A stretch of DNA of 64,000 nucleotides. It comes from a virus. Its lineage: Duplodnaviria; Heunggongvirae; Uroviricota; Caudoviricetes. Below the pieces are notes generated by a model that did no database searches, had not been told where the DNA came from, and saw only the letters and a program-made list of their open reading frames with translations. The DNA lies in the IMG/VR virus record IMGVR_UViG_2526164690_000025. The stretch is one strand, 5' to 3'. Positions 61,131 to 64,000 of the stretch are shown here, one piece after another; within the stretch, counting starts at the first letter, position 1, and each line of letters opens with the position of its first letter. A program made the position numbers and the translations under genes.

Positions 61131-61696
61131 TCACTATTACCAAAGAGCGACTGCTGACAATCAAGCAGTGGCGCGAAACATACGGACCGGGTAGCAACGT
61201 TGTACTGCCAGCAGAAGAAGCGGAAGAACTGGCACGAATTGCTCTGGCATCGCTGGAAGCAGAGCCTGTAAACCAAACTTACAACTTACCAGAATTAATC
61301 GAAGGCATGGAAGTTTCCATTGATGTAAGCACTTGTGATGCTGATTTAGGTAATCGCTATTTCGGCACCGTCACCGAGGCGTTAGAACTTGATACAGCCA
61401 AGAATGGTTACATCCTCCTGGTTCAGGACGCAGAGCCAAACTTCGATGTAAATGGCAACTCTCCGGTAACTCCGGATGGCTGGATAAGCTGTAGTGAGCG
61501 AATGCCGGATACCAAAACAGCCGTTCTTGTTGCCAGGGAGTTTGACAGGAAAGGTGACTGGCGAATGAAATGGGCGACTTACATCCCGGGGCATCCTGAC
61601 GCTAATGATGGGTGGGTAATACCTGGTGCGTCGTGGATACCATCACACTGGATGCCGCTACCAGAACCGCCGCAGGAGGCGAAAAGATGGATGTAA
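61127..61696 (+). CDS. DUF551-like prophage protein
   Basis: C-terminal WISCSERMPD...VLV...W...GW.IPG..W.P.HWMPLPEPP pattern. Confidence 0.5.
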   Translation: MITITKERLLTIKQWRETYGPGSNVVLPAEEAEELARIALASLEAEPVNQTYNLPELIEGMEVSIDVSTCDADLGNRYFGTVTEALELDTAKNGYILLVQDAEPNFDVNGNSPVTPDGWISCSERMPDTKTAVLVAREFDRKGDWRMKWATYIPGHPDANDGWVIPGASWIPSHWMPLPEPPQEAKRWM

Positions 61697-61944
61697 AAGA
61701 GAAGGTTTTGCAGGTGATGCGTTACCGGGCTGCCCTGCAAGATAAAGCTCTCGGCGGGGAATATCCATTCAGGATGGCAACCTGGAATCTGCGGTTGGCA
61801 ATGGAGAAGGAATTTCCTGATGAAGAATGGCGTTCGGCAGATTTGCGCAAAATTCTTATGGAGCTGGCTAAAGACGGAACAGTATCCAAAGATACCCATG
61901 CCAGCCGGATTGGTCAGGCGGTATGGAGACTGGAGGTGAGGTAA
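61687..61944 (+). CDS. hypothetical protein
   Basis: ORF 61612-61944; probable start MDVKEK overlapping upstream stop. Confidence 0.35.
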   Translation: MDVKEKVLQVMRYRAALQDKALGGEYPFRMATWNLRLAMEKEFPDEEWRSADLRKILMELAKDGTVSKDTHASRIGQAVWRLEVR

Positions 61945-62225
61945 TGGCTAACCTGCAACTTGCCGTTAAAGGTGAATACTTCGATGCCATGATTCGCGGG
62001 GAGAAAACGGAAGAGTATCGCCTGTGTAATGACTACTGGAATAAGCGCCTCGTTAACTGTAAGTATGACCGCCTGATTATCACAAAGGGATATCCGAAGC
62101 GCGAAGACTTCAGTCGCAGAATTGACGTCCCGTATAACGGATATGAAATAAAAACAATCACACATCCACACTTCGGTGATAAACCGGTAAAGGTGTTCGC
62201 GATAAAAGTGAAGATTAATAGCTAA
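61944..62225 (+). CDS. ASCH/PUA-like small protein
   Basis: MANLQLAVKGEYFDAMIRGEKTEEYR pattern; start overlaps upstream stop (TAATG). Confidence 0.4.
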   Translation: MANLQLAVKGEYFDAMIRGEKTEEYRLCNDYWNKRLVNCKYDRLIITKGYPKREDFSRRIDVPYNGYEIKTITHPHFGDKPVKVFAIKVKINS

Positions 62226-62248
62226 ATTTCAATTAACACGGAGTAATT

Positions 62249-62542
62249 ATGTGGCGCGGTAATAATCATGGCGGAAGTCAGATGATACTTACCGAATATA
62301 CGTTCGACCACAAAACCAATAAATCACGTTCAGTATATTTGCTTCGGCACAATAGCCGCGTAAGAAATACCGTTCTGGAGCAAAATCTGACCGTTGAAAT
62401 GGATAATTTGGGAAACTTCAAGCCAACAATATCGCTTGATGATTTTCCGTGTGGTTTAAGCGAAAGAGAAGCAATGCTGAAATTAGCAGAATGGCTACAA
62501 AGATTAAGCATTGCTATTGAAGATAACTGGCCTGAACCTTAA
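62249..62542 (+). CDS. hypothetical protein
   Basis: 97-aa ORF. Confidence 0.3.
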   Translation: MWRGNNHGGSQMILTEYTFDHKTNKSRSVYLLRHNSRVRNTVLEQNLTVEMDNLGNFKPTISLDDFPCGLSEREAMLKLAEWLQRLSIAIEDNWPEP

Positions 62543-62548
62543 ATTAAT

Positions 62549-62923
62549 ATGATGACACTAAAACATTTTCTTGACCGCCCATTATGGGCGGCAGCCGCAG
62601 GCTATGACTTTAATTATATGGATTGCATGTCTTATACTGCCAATGCATACGACCATTCGTTCAGCCTGCTGTTTAATTCTTTAAGAATATTGCCGGAAAC
62701 AGAAGTTGGAGAGCTTCATTTATGGATATTGGGCTTTATCGCGGCTGGAGTTGGTATTGCCGTATGGCCTTTTATTTTCTGGCTGGTGGCTGTTGTAGTG
62801 TGGTTTAAGTGCAAGACGTACCGGAAAAAGTATTTCTTAGGTGATGGAATGACTGATATTGCCAAAATGAACATTGAAAAATGGACTAAGGAATGTGAAA
62901 AGAAATGGCGCAAAAAGAAATGA
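62549..62923 (+). CDS. membrane protein
   Basis: Hydrophobic helix LWILGFIAAGVGIAVWPFIFWLVAVVVWF. Confidence 0.4.
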   Translation: MMTLKHFLDRPLWAAAAGYDFNYMDCMSYTANAYDHSFSLLFNSLRILPETEVGELHLWILGFIAAGVGIAVWPFIFWLVAVVVWFKCKTYRKKYFLGDGMTDIAKMNIEKWTKECEKKWRKKK

Positions 62924-63594
62924 CTACTCTAACGACAGCATACTTACAGCAATTGGTATTTTTTGCAGGCGAGGCTACTTGTCATCCTGACGCAAACTAT
63001 TTATTGGAATTTGAGAGGTTAGCGTCACCCGGTATCGTTCTGGAACTGGCCCAACAGGTGCTGGCCTTGAGACAAAAAGAGCAACATGAAAGTAATACGT
63101 GTAGATTGAATTTTGAGCAGTGGCTGGAACAGCAACGCGGAAAAATCGATGTGGACTGTGGTTGTGTGTCCACTGAAACATTCATGCACTGGCTGCGGGT
63201 AGCTTACGAGGCTGGCAACTATCCGGATATTCCGGATATTCCGGATAGTTCGGTGCCAGCGCCAGGAAAGGGCGTCACAGGTGAACGTATCCGCATTAAG
63301 CCGCATGTTTATCGCGAACTGGTTAACCGTCTCCACGATACAGCGATCAAGTGTGCAGGCACCCAGCAATTACGAGAAAGAATTAGCCGTGTTTTGGGCG
63401 ACGTTATTACGCCAGACCATCATAAACAAGCCGAGAAAAGTGACCTGGAAAGGTGTCACCTTGAGGCGGCATTAAACATTAAGCCGGGGCATACGCTTGG
63501 CATTATCGATGCTCTGTTGGTTCATAAGATGGCCAGGGCTTTATTGCCGCTGGTGGCTGAAAAGCATGAGGCGGACCATGCCAACGAAAGCTGA
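62905..63594 (+). CDS. hypothetical protein
   Basis: 229-aa ORF. Confidence 0.3.
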   Translation: MAQKEMTTLTTAYLQQLVFFAGEATCHPDANYLLEFERLASPGIVLELAQQVLALRQKEQHESNTCRLNFEQWLEQQRGKIDVDCGCVSTETFMHWLRVAYEAGNYPDIPDIPDSSVPAPGKGVTGERIRIKPHVYRELVNRLHDTAIKCAGTQQLRERISRVLGDVITPDHHKQAEKSDLERCHLEAALNIKPGHTLGIIDALLVHKMARALLPLVAEKHEADHANES

Positions 63595-63862
63595 GTTACA
63601 GGCGCGCATAGATATTCTTGAAAAAGAGAATGCGAGTCTAAAAGGAATGCTGGCGCGGGCGGAAAGGGAATTATCAGGCAAATTATTGCCAGAAGAGCTG
63701 CCACCAGCAGATATACCTGATCGAGTGTCCTGGTGGATGAAGTATTTCCGTGCACCGTGGGAGGCGTTTTGGTGCTACGACCATCGCAGATGGTGTGATG
63801 AGCTTGATAGCAGTTTCCCCTATTTTGCGGAAGGGAACTCTTGCCCTGAATGTAGGAGTTAA
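63578..63862 (+). CDS. hypothetical protein with Cys motif
   Basis: ORF 63497-63862, probable start MPTKAEL; C-terminal CPEC. Confidence 0.3.
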   Translation: MPTKAELQARIDILEKENASLKGMLARAERELSGKLLPEELPPADIPDRVSWWMKYFRAPWEAFWCYDHRRWCDELDSSFPYFAEGNSCPECRS

Positions 63863-63863
63863 T

Positions 63864-64000
63864 GATGACCGGCGAGCTTTATTTTAAAATGGCACGGGAG
63901 CGGCGTGTGCATCTGGATCGGATATTTCATCTCCAGAAGAGAGTAGAAGAACTGGAACGTCGTCTGAACTGTTATCCTGTTGATATGGTGTCTGCAATAC
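63864..64000 (+). CDS. hypothetical protein, 5' part (runs off window)
   Basis: ATG at 63864 opens a frame with no stop before the window end. Confidence 0.25.

Overview
This 64 kb window reads as a segment of a P1-like temperate phage-plasmid. Evidence seen directly in the sequence: (1) a plasmid maintenance core on the minus strand, with parS (26569-26656), parB, parA, an iteron array, repA and an origin carrying five iterons, five GATC sites and a DnaA box (31090-31330); (2) about ten copies of a 17-bp asymmetric motif matching the P1 C1-repressor operator consensus ATTGCTCTAATAAATTT, mostly upstream of early operons or at operon 3' ends; (3) two immI-like immunity modules (structured leader, 73-codon icd-like ORF, antirepressor) at 15.8-17.4 kb and 43.5-45.1 kb, whose predicted antisense and target boxes co-vary between copies; (4) an RdgC-like gene followed by a 1013-aa C5-cytosine plus N6-adenine DNA methyltransferase fusion that carries a 341-aa LAGLIDADG intein inside its catalytic Pro-Cys motif; (5) tRNA-Asn, a tRNA-Tyr-like gene, tRNA-Thr and tRNA-Ile2(CAT) around an SPFH lipoprotein gene, followed by a DnaB-family helicase; (6) myovirus-type structural operons (capsid, sheath, baseplate, SLT-domain injection protein, tail fibre with a cix/gix-like site, Tfa). 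Accessory content includes an AT-rich island with a DUF3800-like protein and a coupled partner, a T5orf172/GIY-YIG-like gene wedged between the iterons and parA, several glycosyltransferase-like and ASCH-like genes, an lambda-type Ser/Thr phosphatase, and a tandem array of Ea22/ead-like paralogs. One intact IS10 (5403-6731, 9-bp target duplication) interrupts a tail/baseplate gene, and a second degenerate IS10 copy is cut by the window start. Several genes are frame-split (sit-like, tail fibre, ant copy 1), so the element may be defective or the assembly may carry indel errors. All protein calls rest on motifs I recognise by eye; no database search was run.
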